This document shows, piece after piece, positions 30,204 to 39,842 of a stretch of DNA of 64,000 nucleotides. The notes below the pieces were generated by a model. The model was not told where the DNA came from. It searched no databases and saw only the letters and a list, made by a program, of their open reading frames with translations. Position numbers and translations under genes: made by a program. Position 1 is the first letter of the stretch; each line of letters starts with the position of its first letter. The stretch comes from an uncultured Gammaproteobacteria bacterium (lineage in GTDB: Bacteria; Patescibacteriota; Microgenomatia; Levybacterales; UBA12049), in NCBI GenBank assembly GCA_964521295.1, contig CAZFRF010000001.1:774738-838737 (forward strand), read 5' to 3'.

Positions 30204-30305
30204 TAGTGTAAATATAGCAAACCTTATATTGTTTTAACACAGATTGTAACAAGAGTTAGATAGTGGTATACTGTATCTACTTTAATAAGAAAGGTAATTT
30301 AATGA

Positions 30306-31382
30306 ATGTCGTCTGTAAATCAATCTAAAGCAACCACAATGGCCGATTTAATGAAATCGGTTCAAACAAATTTTGTAAGTCCACATAAAGGTGATATTTT
30401 AGATGGAACTATTAAAAAAATCTCATCCGCGGAGATTACTGTTAACATTGGTGCAAAAACAGATGCTGTTGTTTTAGAGAAAGATAGAAATATTTTAAAA
30501 AGCTTGCTCTCTTCAATAAAAGTAGGAGATAAAGTTAAAGTTAGCGTTCTAAATCCAGAGTCAGATTTTGGCTATCCAGTTGTGTCTTTAAGAAAGTTTA
30601 ATGAGGAGAGGATGTGGGGAAGAGTTGAGGAGCTTAAAAAAGCAAAAACCAAAATTGAAGTGACAATTGACGAGATTACAAAGGGTGGATTTGTGGCTTC
30701 AAGTAAAGAAGGGGTTTCGGGATTTTTACCTAATTCTCAAGTTTCCTTTATGGAGGGTGGCCAAGCCTTGCTCGGTAAAACATTAACTGTTTGCGTTATT
30801 GAGGTAAGTAAGGCCTTGAAGAAAGTAATTTTGTCTCAAAAAGCTACAATTGAAGCAGCGGATTTTGAAAATGCAGCTAAGGATTTAAAAAGAGGTCAAA
30901 GAATTGAAGTTAATATCTCCAATGTCGCTCCGTTTGGTATCTTTACGACCCTAGATCTTGCTGATGGTACAAAGCTTGAGGGGTTTGTGCATATTTCAGA
31001 GATCGCTTGGGAGAAAACAGATACAATTCCAGCTAGCTTTGTTCCTGGCTCAAAATTAACAGTTGAAGTATTAGGCTTAGATAAGGAATCAAAGAGGGTT
31101 AATTTATCAATAAAAAGACTAACTGCAAATCCCCTTGAAGCTAAATTAAGAGAATACACAGTTGATAAAAAGGTAATGGGAACTATTACTAAGGTTATGG
31201 ATAGTGGTTTAGTAGTTGATTTGGGCGAAGGGATTGAAGGGTTTGTTAAGAAAGAAAAACTTCCTCCAACAGTTACTTATTCTCAGGGATCTAGTCTTGA
31301 AGCAACAGTGCTCGAGGTTGATAAGAAGCAAAGAGTTATTTTGGCACCTGTTCTCAAAGTTAAGCCAATTGGATACCGCTAG
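30306..31382 (+). CDS. ribosomal protein S1-like (four S1 domains)
   Basis: Four repeated S1/OB units ('GDILDGTIKKI', 'GRVEEL..VTIDEITKGGFVA', 'GQRIEVNISNVAPFGIFT', 'VMGTITKVMDSGLVVDL'). Confidence 0.7.
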   Translation: MSSVNQSKATTMADLMKSVQTNFVSPHKGDILDGTIKKISSAEITVNIGAKTDAVVLEKDRNILKSLLSSIKVGDKVKVSVLNPESDFGYPVVSLRKFNEERMWGRVEELKKAKTKIEVTIDEITKGGFVASSKEGVSGFLPNSQVSFMEGGQALLGKTLTVCVIEVSKALKKVILSQKATIEAADFENAAKDLKRGQRIEVNISNVAPFGIFTTLDLADGTKLEGFVHISEIAWEKTDTIPASFVPGSKLTVEVLGLDKESKRVNLSIKRLTANPLEAKLREYTVDKKVMGTITKVMDSGLVVDLGEGIEGFVKKEKLPPTVTYSQGSSLEATVLEVDKKQRVILAPVLKVKPIGYR

Positions 31383-31411
31383 TTACTATTTGGTTGCTAG
31401 TATTTGAAACT

Positions 31412-32737
31412 ATGAAAACAACAACAATGTTTGTTTGTCAGGAATGCGGCTATGAGACTCCGAAATTTTTGGGAAAATGCCCTGAATGTGGCCTCTGGAA
31501 TACGCTAAAGCAGTTTAAGATTCAAGGATCTAAGCCTAGTTCTAATGATCTGTTTGCGCAGGATAAATTTGCTAAAAAACCAAGTCTTATTTCAGAGGTT
31601 TCTCAAGAAAAAAAAGATAGGATTTTAACAAACATTGCTGAGTTAGATACTGTTTTAGGAGGAGGAGTGGTTATGGGAAGCGTTACTTTGCTTGCCGGAG
31701 ATCCTGGGATTGGAAAGTCAACTTTACTCTTGCAAGTTGCTCTAAATTTATCTAAAAATCAAACAGTTTTATACGTGAGTGGAGAAGAGTCAGAATCTCA
31801 GGTAAAAATGCGCGCTGAAAGACTTTCTAAAAATTTAAAAACCAATCAATTATTTTTGATTTCTGCAACTAATCCAGATTCAATAGTAAGTTTAATCGAA
31901 GAAACAAGACCTGCTTTTGTAATTATCGATTCTATTCAGACTATGGCTTCAGAAAATCTAGAAGGGTTATCCGGTAGTGTGGGTCAAATTAGATATGCCA
32001 CAACTCAGTTTATTAGAGCAGCAAAAACATTAAATATTCCGGTCATTTTAGTGGGACACGTAACAAAAGAGGGAATGGTAGCTGGTCCTATGACCTTATC
32101 TCATATGGTCGATACAGTCCTATTTTTAGAGGGAGAGAAAAATACTGGGATAAGGCTTTTAAGAAGCTTAAAGAATAGATTCGGTCCAGTCGATGAAGTA
32201 GGTGTTTTTTCGATGCAAGGCGAAGGCTTAGCTGAGGTTAAGAATCCTGAGGGATTATTTGTTAATGAGAATAAGTCTGCGGGATCTGTTCTGACAATTA
32301 CCCTTGAAGGAACTCGGGCTTTCCTGGTTGAAATTCAAGCTTTAGTCGTGTATTCTAAGTTACCTATGCCCAGAAGGGTTGCCTCAGGCGTAGATTATAA
32401 AAGATTGGAATTACTTTTGGCTGTTTTACAAAAACACGGAAGAATGCCTTTGGATCAAATGGATGTTTTTGTAAACGTTGCGGGCGGATTTAAACTTTCA
32501 GACCCAGCTAGTGACCTTGCAATCGTTTTAGCGATATTTTCTAGCTTTAAGAATATAAGTTTAACTAAAACTGTTGCAGCAGCAGAAGTAGGGCTTTTAG
32601 GAGAGCTAAGAGTGCCAATGCTTTTGGATAAGAGAATTAAGGAGGCAAGAAAGCTTGGTTTTACAAAGATACTGACGCCAAAAGCGTACAAAAATATTTC
32701 AGAAGTGGTTAGGGTTTTAGGAGGAATAAATGGCTAA
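31412..32737 (+). CDS. radA: DNA repair protein RadA/Sms
   Basis: Zn-finger 'CQECGYETPKFLGKCPECGLWN', Walker A 'GDPGIGKST', 'LKNRFGP' RadA motif, Lon-protease-like C-domain; start moved to ATG 31412. Confidence 0.9.
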   Translation: MKTTTMFVCQECGYETPKFLGKCPECGLWNTLKQFKIQGSKPSSNDLFAQDKFAKKPSLISEVSQEKKDRILTNIAELDTVLGGGVVMGSVTLLAGDPGIGKSTLLLQVALNLSKNQTVLYVSGEESESQVKMRAERLSKNLKTNQLFLISATNPDSIVSLIEETRPAFVIIDSIQTMASENLEGLSGSVGQIRYATTQFIRAAKTLNIPVILVGHVTKEGMVAGPMTLSHMVDTVLFLEGEKNTGIRLLRSLKNRFGPVDEVGVFSMQGEGLAEVKNPEGLFVNENKSAGSVLTITLEGTRAFLVEIQALVVYSKLPMPRRVASGVDYKRLELLLAVLQKHGRMPLDQMDVFVNVAGGFKLSDPASDLAIVLAIFSSFKNISLTKTVAAAEVGLLGELRVPMLLDKRIKEARKLGFTKILTPKAYKNISEVVRVLGGING

Positions 32738-33539
32738 AAAAAACAAAACAAAAAAAACAACAGAGGAAGTAAAATTAGATACAATTCAAGCGGTTGATGG
32801 AACGGGTAGATCAATTCATTTTTCGCCAAAAGTAATGGGTCTTTTGGCAGATGAGATAGCTAAAACAGTAGTTAATAGGTTGCCAAGTTTTAGAAGGTCT
32901 AGGAAACCAAAAGAAACAAAAAAAATAGAAAATGGTATATTTCTAGATACCTCGGCCATAATTGACGGGAGAATTTTTGAAGTTATTAATTTAGGTCTTT
33001 TAAGAGGGGAAATAGTAATCCTTGAAAGTATTCTTTTAGAACTAAAACACATTGCTGACTCTAAAGATTTGGTTAAAAGAGAGCGAGGAAGAAAAGGACT
33101 CATTTTACTTGAAAAGGTCAAGAAGGTTAAAGAAATTAAATTTACAGTTATTTCTTCAGAAAAGGAAAAGGGAATGGGATTGGATAGGCTTGCTGAGGTT
33201 GACGAGAGATTAATTTTTGCTGCCAAACATAATAAAGCAAGGCTTATTACTTGCGACTATAATCTTGAGAAAAAGGCGAGTATTAATGGCGTTAATGCAA
33301 TTAATGTAAATACCTTAGCGAATGTATTAAAGGTTATTGCTGTTCCAGGTGAGACTTTGCATATTAAAATTCAACATAAGGGCAAAGATATTACACAAGG
33401 GGTTGGTTACCTTGATGATGGAACAATGATTGTTGTTGAAAATGCTAGTTTAGATATTGGTAAGGAGTTAAATGTTGTAGTATCCAGGGTTATTCAAACT
33501 GCGGCTGGTAGAATATTGTTTTCAAAAAAAATCCTTTAG
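32730..33539 (+). CDS. PIN + TRAM domain protein (YacL-like)
   Basis: PIN core 'LDTSAIIDGRI', C-terminal TRAM 'GETLHIKIQHKGKDITQGVGYLDDGTMIVVENAS'; conserved radA-yacL synteny. Confidence 0.75.
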   Translation: MAKKNKTKKTTEEVKLDTIQAVDGTGRSIHFSPKVMGLLADEIAKTVVNRLPSFRRSRKPKETKKIENGIFLDTSAIIDGRIFEVINLGLLRGEIVILESILLELKHIADSKDLVKRERGRKGLILLEKVKKVKEIKFTVISSEKEKGMGLDRLAEVDERLIFAAKHNKARLITCDYNLEKKASINGVNAINVNTLANVLKVIAVPGETLHIKIQHKGKDITQGVGYLDDGTMIVVENASLDIGKELNVVVSRVIQTAAGRILFSKKIL

Positions 33540-34444
33540 TTTCTCCTTTTTTTAACCAAGTAGGCAATTATTGAGACAATAACAATTACACTTATTACTA
33601 CTATAAAATTAATACTTCCTTGGGTAAAATAAGTAACTTTTGCGTTAAGATTTGTATCTGATTTGCCAAAGTGTAAATTAAGCTCAGCAGTATAAAAGCC
33701 AGGGATAAGAAAATTTGAATCTCTTTTTATATTTATCTCATAACGCCTAATGCTTTCAGGTAAGGCATCTAAAGAATTCTCATTTAAAATTCCCTTAGCG
33801 ATTTGATTACCAAAAATGTCTTTTATTTTAACTATTCCATAAGGGACAACATGAACATTGCCGTTGTTTTGAAATCTAAGACTAAAGCTTTCGGGATTAT
33901 CTACGCCATCTCTACTAGGTTTAAAAGATAATATTTTTCCATCTTCTATTTCGTTACCAGTCGAAGCTCTAACAAAAAGAAGGCTAGATAATACGGCCTT
34001 GATAACGACTTGTTTATCTGTTTTTGGTTGAATTATTTCAGCTAGAACACTTGCATAGTGTCCTCCTTTAGTAATTCTATTTTTATCAATAAAAACTTTT
34101 ATTGTTTTAGATTCATTAGGAGAGAGTTGTATGTTCTTGTTTTCAAAAGAAATCCAAGAAGATAGGCTATATTTATAATTTGCGGCATCTTTACCTTCTA
34201 AAAAACTTAATCTATAGCTGTCTTCAAGTTCAGTAAAATCTTTAACACTGAGTAGGAGATTGATGTCGGAGTCAGTGTTATTGGTATAGGTGAGTGCATA
34301 TTCTGCTGGATCTGAAGCTAGATCTAGATGTATGATTGAAGGCGTTACGCTAATTCCTTTTTGAGATTGTGCAAATGAGTTTTTTACAGCAAATGAAAAA
34401 AATAGTATTAATACAACTGAAGTAAAGACTGACTTTTTGAGCAT
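33536..34444 (-). CDS. DUF916/CscA-like cell-surface protein, paralog 1 (signal peptide + C-terminal TM anchor)
   Basis: 'AQSQKGISVTPSIIHLDL...' beta-sandwich, C-terminal 'VVISVIVIVSIIAYLVKKRRN' anchor; paralogous to 35099..36142 and 36139..37185. Confidence 0.45.
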   Translation of the reverse strand: MLKKSVFTSVVLILFFSFAVKNSFAQSQKGISVTPSIIHLDLASDPAEYALTYTNNTDSDINLLLSVKDFTELEDSYRLSFLEGKDAANYKYSLSSWISFENKNIQLSPNESKTIKVFIDKNRITKGGHYASVLAEIIQPKTDKQVVIKAVLSSLLFVRASTGNEIEDGKILSFKPSRDGVDNPESFSLRFQNNGNVHVVPYGIVKIKDIFGNQIAKGILNENSLDALPESIRRYEINIKRDSNFLIPGFYTAELNLHFGKSDTNLNAKVTYFTQGSINFIVVISVIVIVSIIAYLVKKRRN

Positions 34445-34498
34445 ACAATCATCATAGCAAAAGTGTCTTAATATGTTAAGATTTGGTATGATAAATAA

Positions 34499-35098
34499 GT
34501 GAAAAAGATCATTTTACTTGTCTTTTCAGTCTTTATTTTAATTGCTGTAATTATTGTCTTCTTTATTTTGAATAGTAGTCCTAACAAGCTCTCTCAGGCT
34601 GAAAAAGATGCAGCTTTGGTAAATTTATTAGGCAGAAAGCCAATTTTAGATGAAAAAGATGCGCCTAAGGGTGATGTGGAGTATAAGGGTAAAGCTTTAA
34701 GTTTTAAATATCCCGCTGCAGCTAAGATGTTTGTGACTTTAGTAAATGGTAAGGAAGTTAAGGATACTTGGCATATAGATTATCTAAATTTTGATATTGA
34801 TGATCCACGTTTATCAATGCTTATTACGGTTGCTGATAGTCCAACATCTGTCACCTTGATTGAGGATTATCCAGCAGTTAAGCTTAGGATTATTCAGCCT
34901 GCAATGTTTAATAAGAGTGAAATTAAAGTTAATGGTCAAAATGGTTTAGTCTTTATTAAAACTGATAATTCAGGATTTGAAAAAACAGCTTTTGTTTATT
35001 ACAAGGCAAAGATATTTATGTTTTCGATGCAGGGAGCGGATTTAGTTTCAGCTGATCCAATTTTTCAAAGAATAATTAACTCAGTTAAGTTTAAATAA
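34499..35098 (+). CDS. hypothetical exported protein with N-terminal TM anchor
   Basis: 'MKKIILLVFSVFILIAVIIVFFIL' then 170-aa soluble domain; only plus-strand gene inside minus-strand surface locus. Confidence 0.4.
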   Translation: MKKIILLVFSVFILIAVIIVFFILNSSPNKLSQAEKDAALVNLLGRKPILDEKDAPKGDVEYKGKALSFKYPAAAKMFVTLVNGKEVKDTWHIDYLNFDIDDPRLSMLITVADSPTSVTLIEDYPAVKLRIIQPAMFNKSEIKVNGQNGLVFIKTDNSGFEKTAFVYYKAKIFMFSMQGADLVSADPIFQRIINSVKFK

Positions 35099-36142
35099 TT
35101 ATCTTCTCATTCGTTTTTTAATTTCTTTGTTGATATAGAATCTAATAATAAATCGAGCGACAAAGAAGAAAATAATTAGGCCAATAAGCAGGGTTATTAT
35201 TACTTTGTAGGGTATTACCCAAAAAGTAATGCTTTGCTCGATTGGAATATCTCTTTTACCATTATCATAAACCAATAAGAGATTGGCAGTATATTTACCA
35301 ATTCTAAAGCTTGTTAATTTATTCCAATTGATAGTCAGTTTTTCTAGTGCTTTTCCATTCTTATCTAACTTTATTTGTCCATCTTCTTTTAAGGGTTCTT
35401 TAACTATAAATCCGTCAAACCAGCTAGCAGTGAGATCTCGTCTGGTTTCTGGAATGATGTTAGCTGCTGTTTGATTAACATCTAAAATACCAATATTGTC
35501 GTTATTGCCACTGGTAATAAAAATATTTCCTCTAGGTCTAACATGAACATTGCCAGTGTTTTCAAGTTTAATATTGAAATTAATAGGTAAGTATTCATTA
35601 ATATAATTAGGTGTTGAGAAGTTAAGTATCTTGACTTCGGCTTTCGCTCCATTTTTTCTAACATTTAAAAGGATTGGTACAGCAGCCGCTCCTGTTATTT
35701 TAGTTCCAACTTGATTTAATTTATCATTGTTTTCTTGGGTAAAGTTAACTGCAAAGTAGTATCCATAGGCTGCTGTCTTAGGTACTTCAATGGAAAAGGG
35801 TACATCTGTCCATTCCAAGGGTTTTGCAACAAAGGTTTTCTCCTTAAACTTAATCCAAGACAAGCTATTGTCATCGTTTTCATCTTTAATTACTAAATCT
35901 CCATTGTCATCTCCTGTTAGTTTCTTAACTTCAAGCTTTATTGACAAAGGATTGCTTGTATTATTCCTTACTCTAATCTTGTCAGAAACAGTACTTCCAG
36001 GATTTGCAGACAAGTCAAAGAAAACAGGCGAGACTGTTACATCATAGTTAGGAGATTGTTGGGCGAAAGAATATTTAGCTCCAAATATGAAAACTAGAGT
36101 AAGGGAAATTAGAAATAATCCTGAAAATAAGGTTTTCTTCAT
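35099..36142 (-). CDS. DUF916/CscA-like cell-surface protein, paralog 2
   Basis: Signal peptide, 141 aa identical to paralog 3, C-terminal TM 'IITLLIGLIIFFFVARFIIRFYINKEIKKRMRR'. Confidence 0.55.
   Translation of the reverse strand: MKKTLFSGLFLISLTLVFIFGAKYSFAQQSPNYDVTVSPVFFDLSANPGSTVSDKIRVRNNTSNPLSIKLEVKKLTGDDNGDLVIKDENDDNSLSWIKFKEKTFVAKPLEWTDVPFSIEVPKTAAYGYYFAVNFTQENNDKLNQVGTKITGAAAVPILLNVRKNGAKAEVKILNFSTPNYINEYLPINFNIKLENTGNVHVRPRGNIFITSGNNDNIGILDVNQTAANIIPETRRDLTASWFDGFIVKEPLKEDGQIKLDKNGKALEKLTINWNKLTSFRIGKYTANLLLVYDNGKRDIPIEQSITFWVIPYKVIITLLIGLIIFFFVARFIIRFYINKEIKKRMRR
35642..36069. repeat. 428-bp perfect direct repeat, copy A (within paralog 2)
   Basis: 100% identical to 36677..37106; offset ~1036 bp; identical antisense ORFs 35790..36047 and 36827..37084 in the track are a by-product. 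Confidence 0.9.
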
Positions 36143-37185
36143 TTTTTGAATATCTTTATTATTCTCTTTATAAGGTTTTTAATTGTGTTAGCAAAGCCTA
36201 AGAAAGCAAAAACTACAAAGGCAATAGCAATTAAAACAACCTTCCAGGGAAAAACAAAGAAGCTGGTTTCGCTTTGGAAAGGAATGTCTCTGGTATTAGT
36301 ACTGATTACAAGAAGCGATGTGGCAGTATATTTACCAATTCTTAAGTCTAAGATCTTATCAAATTTAATTTTAAGTGTAGTCTGAGGTTTTCCGTTCTTA
36401 TCTAACTTTATTTGCCCATCTTCCATCTTGGGCTCTTCGGTAATAAAGGAATCATTCCAAATTGACTCAAACGCCTTTTTTGTATTTGGTAAAACTGTTC
36501 CTTGAGTACTGTTGACATCTAGAATAGCCACTTGTCTGCCTAAGAAGTCTCTAATAAAAATATTCCCTCTGGGTTTAACATGAACATTGCCAGTATTTTG
36601 AAAAACTGTAGTTAGGCTTACTGGTAAGTATTCGTAAAAACCTTTTGTTGCTGTAAAACTTTTAACATTTCCTTCGAATTTCGCTCCATTTTTTCTAACA
36701 TTTAAAAGGATTGGTACAGCAGCCGCTCCTGTTATTTTAGTTCCAACTTGATTTAATTTATCATTGTTTTCTTGGGTAAAGTTAACTGCAAAGTAGTATC
36801 CATAGGCTGCTGTCTTAGGTACTTCAATGGAAAAGGGTACATCTGTCCATTCCAAGGGTTTTGCAACAAAGGTTTTCTCCTTAAACTTAATCCAAGACAA
36901 GCTATTGTCATCGTTTTCATCTTTAATTACTAAATCTCCATTGTCATCTCCTGTTAGTTTCTTAACTTCAAGCTTTATTGACAAAGGATTGCTTGTATTA
37001 TTCCTTACTCTAATCTTGTCAGAAACAGTACTTCCAGGATTTGCAGACAAGTCAAAGAAAACAGGCGAGACTGTTACATCATAGTTAGGAGATTGTTGGG
37101 CGAAAGTAGATACTAAAGGGATAAAAACAAAAAAACCCACTAAAAGGCTTAGGGGCAGCAGTAATTTTTTTAACCTCAAATTCAT
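36139..37185 (-). CDS. DUF916/CscA-like cell-surface protein, paralog 3
   Basis: Start overlaps stop of paralog 2 (ATGA-type coupling); same mature N-terminus 'AQQSPNYDVTVSPVFFDLSANPGS...'. Confidence 0.55.
   Translation of the reverse strand: MNLRLKKLLLPLSLLVGFFVFIPLVSTFAQQSPNYDVTVSPVFFDLSANPGSTVSDKIRVRNNTSNPLSIKLEVKKLTGDDNGDLVIKDENDDNSLSWIKFKEKTFVAKPLEWTDVPFSIEVPKTAAYGYYFAVNFTQENNDKLNQVGTKITGAAAVPILLNVRKNGAKFEGNVKSFTATKGFYEYLPVSLTTVFQNTGNVHVKPRGNIFIRDFLGRQVAILDVNSTQGTVLPNTKKAFESIWNDSFITEEPKMEDGQIKLDKNGKPQTTLKIKFDKILDLRIGKYTATSLLVISTNTRDIPFQSETSFFVFPWKVVLIAIAFVVFAFLGFANTIKNLIKRIIKIFKK
36677..37106. repeat. 428-bp perfect direct repeat, copy B (within paralog 3)
   Basis: See copy A. Confidence 0.9.
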
Positions 37186-37193
37186 GATAGATC

Positions 37194-38312
37194 CTAGAAT
37201 GATCCGGCAGCAACGACTGTAAGTGTATCGCTATAGTCATTTGCTGCAGATTGGGTAGCAGCAACTGATGCTCTTACATTTAACGTAACGGTTGTTCCTG
37301 ACTGGCTTCCTCCTAGGCTTGCAACTTGTCTAAATTGTGTATCAATATGTCCAACAGTAGAAGCGCTTCCTTGATATCCTGCAGCAATTGTTGGAGTATT
37401 CGTTCCAGGTTGAGCGTCTAATCCATAACCACTAGTTGTTCCATTGGTTGTTAAGGTTCCAATTTGAGGATATGCTCCTAGACTAAAGATTTGCGCATTA
37501 GCAGTTGGGGAATATAGTCCATTCCAGTTAGTTCCTTTTACCCAAGATACAAAGCCATTCCTAGCGTTAGTTGAAACTGTTTGCGTAACAGTTCCAGATG
37601 AGATTGCAGTTGTTGAAATAGAGCCTAAGGCAACTGAGTTAGCAGATAGAGAGAAAGTCATAGTTGCGGCAACAGATGCTGTAACTGTAATTTGATCTGC
37701 TCCAGAAGATACAACTGAAGTTGCCCAGTCTAATGTATCAACGTATGGTGTTCCTCCTTGGGTTTTTAATGTACCAGTTTTATCATTTCCAGCTGAACCG
37801 ACAGTAGAGGAGGCTCCTGCAAAGTTAAAGCAATAGAAGGTTCCAGTTGATAGATCTGTGGTTGGGAAGGTAACATTAAGTCCATTAACGTTTGAAGCAG
37901 TATTAATTCCGGGCCAGGCAGTTGCTGCTCCACCACCAACTGGATCAGTTGGCAGATTAGTAGTTGTTACAGTCCAGTTAGATGCAGTGGAAGAAATGGT
38001 CCAACCTTGTGGGAATGTTATTACTGTGCCAGTCTCTGTTCCTGAAGTTGATGTTTTAAGACAAGCTGTTCCGGAAATAGCAGATCCAGTTGCTAATCTA
38101 TCAAATCTAACAAAACCTTCTGTAATAGTTGCATTGGCTTTTCCTGGAGTAAATAAAGGGTAGAGAATAAGTAAAAGTAAGGATAAGTTTAAGACTAAAC
38201 TCAAAATGTTATTCTTTTCTTTTAAATTGTTCACCTTAATATTTTGGGCAATTTTAGATAAGTCCATAAAATAATATACTTCTAGCAAATCATATTCATA
38301 AACTCTTGTCAA
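37194..38312 (-). CDS. Thr/Ser/Gly-rich secreted surface protein with conserved C-terminal motif (...NDYSDTLTVVAAGSF); probable start at internal Met (MDLSKIAQ..., ~38267)
   Basis: Signal-anchor 'ILSLVLNLSLLLLILYPLF'; N-domain paralogous to N-domain of 48874..51708 gene; C-terminus shared with 38330..39403. Confidence 0.5.
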   Translation of the reverse strand: MTRVYEYDLLEVYYFMDLSKIAQNIKVNNLKEKNNILSLVLNLSLLLLILYPLFTPGKANATITEGFVRFDRLATGSAISGTACLKTSTSGTETGTVITFPQGWTISSTASNWTVTTTNLPTDPVGGGAATAWPGINTASNVNGLNVTFPTTDLSTGTFYCFNFAGASSTVGSAGNDKTGTLKTQGGTPYVDTLDWATSVVSSGADQITVTASVAATMTFSLSANSVALGSISTTAISSGTVTQTVSTNARNGFVSWVKGTNWNGLYSPTANAQIFSLGAYPQIGTLTTNGTTSGYGLDAQPGTNTPTIAAGYQGSASTVGHIDTQFRQVASLGGSQSGTTVTLNVRASVAATQSAANDYSDTLTVVAAGSF

Positions 38313-38329
38313 TAGTATTGTTGAGCTAT

Positions 38330-39403
38330 TTAGAATGAACCCGTTGCTATAACAGTTAAAATATCACTATAGTCATTTGCTGAAGGAGTAGTGTTTTTAA
38401 CTTTGGCTTTTAATTCAAATGAAGCTTGTCCATTAGTTACTGGTGCAGAAGTGGAATCTGCTATCGGTCTTTTACTGGTGTCGATTACGCCAACATTGTC
38501 ACTTGCTCCATTATAGGGAGATAAAAGTTCCATGGGTCCGCCTGAAGTTTGAGCTACTGTTGTTCCTCTGGCTCCGTAGCCCTCAAGGGCTGCGGAAAGA
38601 TCAGTAGAGGAGCTACTGATGTTATAGTTACTTGCAGTTGTGCTTTTTAACCCATTATTTGTACCATAAAGATATATTAAGCCGCCGTTTGTAGCATTTG
38701 TGGTAATTGTGACATTTACTTTATCGGAAGACGTTGTAACAGACCCGGCTGTTAAGTTGCCTATGTTAACAGAAAATGGAGGAGAAATAAGACTAGTAGT
38801 GGTTAAGCTGAATGTAAAGCTAGGGTTTACGGTTGCCGAAGATGCAATCGGAGAATATTTACTTTGAGTATATGTTCCATTTCTGGCTGTTACCCTAGCA
38901 TAATAGGTAGTTCCTGGATAAAGTCCTATTAAGGTAAAGCCGCTTCCTGATCCCCATGCACTATATGTTTGCCAAGCAGGGCTTTGCCCCAAGGTATTAT
39001 CTGCCTGTACAAAAAACGTATCAGATGCAAAGTCAGCTGATCCCGATGATATTTGAATTGCAAAGGTTGAATCAGAAGAATTGTTAGCATTGTTTATAGT
39101 TAGACTAAGTTTGTTATAGTAATTTGAAGGGTTACTGAAAGTTGGCATTCCTGGAGTATTAGCCTGAAGAGTGTTGGTTAATCCTGCTCCCAAAATAAAA
39201 TTCGTCGACGAGGCAGAGGCAGTGTCTACTTCTCCTGATGAGCCCTGAAATAAGAAATTTTCTGAACTTGAAGTTGCAACACCTCCAGAGCCAAAACCAT
39301 ATTCAAGTAATTGATAATTTGTGCTTGTTGGTCCAGCTAGGGCAATAGGAGAAAATGCAAAATAACTTAAACTTAAGGCTAATAAAATTAATTTCTTATT
39401 CAT
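38330..39403 (-). CDS. Thr/Ser-rich secreted surface protein with same C-terminal motif (...NDYSDILTVIATGSF)
   Basis: Signal peptide 'MNKKLILLALSLSYFAFSPIALA'; fibronectin-like 'YYARVTARNGTYTQSKYSP' segment. Confidence 0.5.
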   Translation of the reverse strand: MNKKLILLALSLSYFAFSPIALAGPTSTNYQLLEYGFGSGGVATSSSENFLFQGSSGEVDTASASSTNFILGAGLTNTLQANTPGMPTFSNPSNYYNKLSLTINNANNSSDSTFAIQISSGSADFASDTFFVQADNTLGQSPAWQTYSAWGSGSGFTLIGLYPGTTYYARVTARNGTYTQSKYSPIASSATVNPSFTFSLTTTSLISPPFSVNIGNLTAGSVTTSSDKVNVTITTNATNGGLIYLYGTNNGLKSTTASNYNISSSSTDLSAALEGYGARGTTVAQTSGGPMELLSPYNGASDNVGVIDTSKRPIADSTSAPVTNGQASFELKAKVKNTTPSANDYSDILTVIATGSF

Positions 39404-39415
39404 ATTTTTAGTTTA

Positions 39416-39835
39416 TTATATTGGCAAATAGAATGCACTAAGTCCAAACAAAGGATGTAAATATTCAAACGTACAAACTTGGGGAATAGAGTTTTTGTTA
39501 CATAAAACTGCCATTTGTGACTGTGCAAATGTAAGCTCATTTGTGCGGTAATTAATTAAAGTTTTTAAGGCTGCTTTCATGTCATTTTCAGTTGGATAGA
39601 GAACATTAAGCGAACTTAAGGAAATACCTCTCAAAAAGTCCTTAGCTAGGGAAGGACTTATTTTTTCATAGATTTGTCTATATGTTTCAATTACATTTAA
39701 ATAGCCTGTGTAGACAAAGTATTTTTCCTGCGCAAAGAATCTAAAATACGCACTTGCTTGAGCGTGTTTTTCATGAGCTCTATCTACAAAAGCGTAGAGT
39801 AGTTCAGTTGTAACAAATACTTTTTTACTTGTCAT
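39416..39835 (-). CDS. hypothetical protein, possible PIN-like toxin partner
   Basis: 139 aa immediately downstream (8-nt gap) of HTH gene; N-terminal 'KVFVTTELLYAFVD' weakly PIN-like; call by context only. Confidence 0.3.
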   Translation of the reverse strand: MTSKKVFVTTELLYAFVDRAHEKHAQASAYFRFFAQEKYFVYTGYLNVIETYRQIYEKISPSLAKDFLRGISLSSLNVLYPTENDMKAALKTLINYRTNELTFAQSQMAVLCNKNSIPQVCTFEYLHPLFGLSAFYLPI

Positions 39836-39842
39836 AATCTAG

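Noticed and set aside
31216-31407. 63-aa ORF overlapping the end of the S1-like gene
   Set aside because: It is in an alternate frame of a supported CDS, Leu/Lys-rich and low-complexity, and lies between coupled genes.
35790-37084. Two identical 85-aa plus-strand ORFs (35790..36047 and 36827..37084)
   Set aside because: They are antisense read-throughs of the 428-bp perfect repeat inside the minus-strand surface paralogs. Their identity reflects the DNA repeat, not a duplicated gene.
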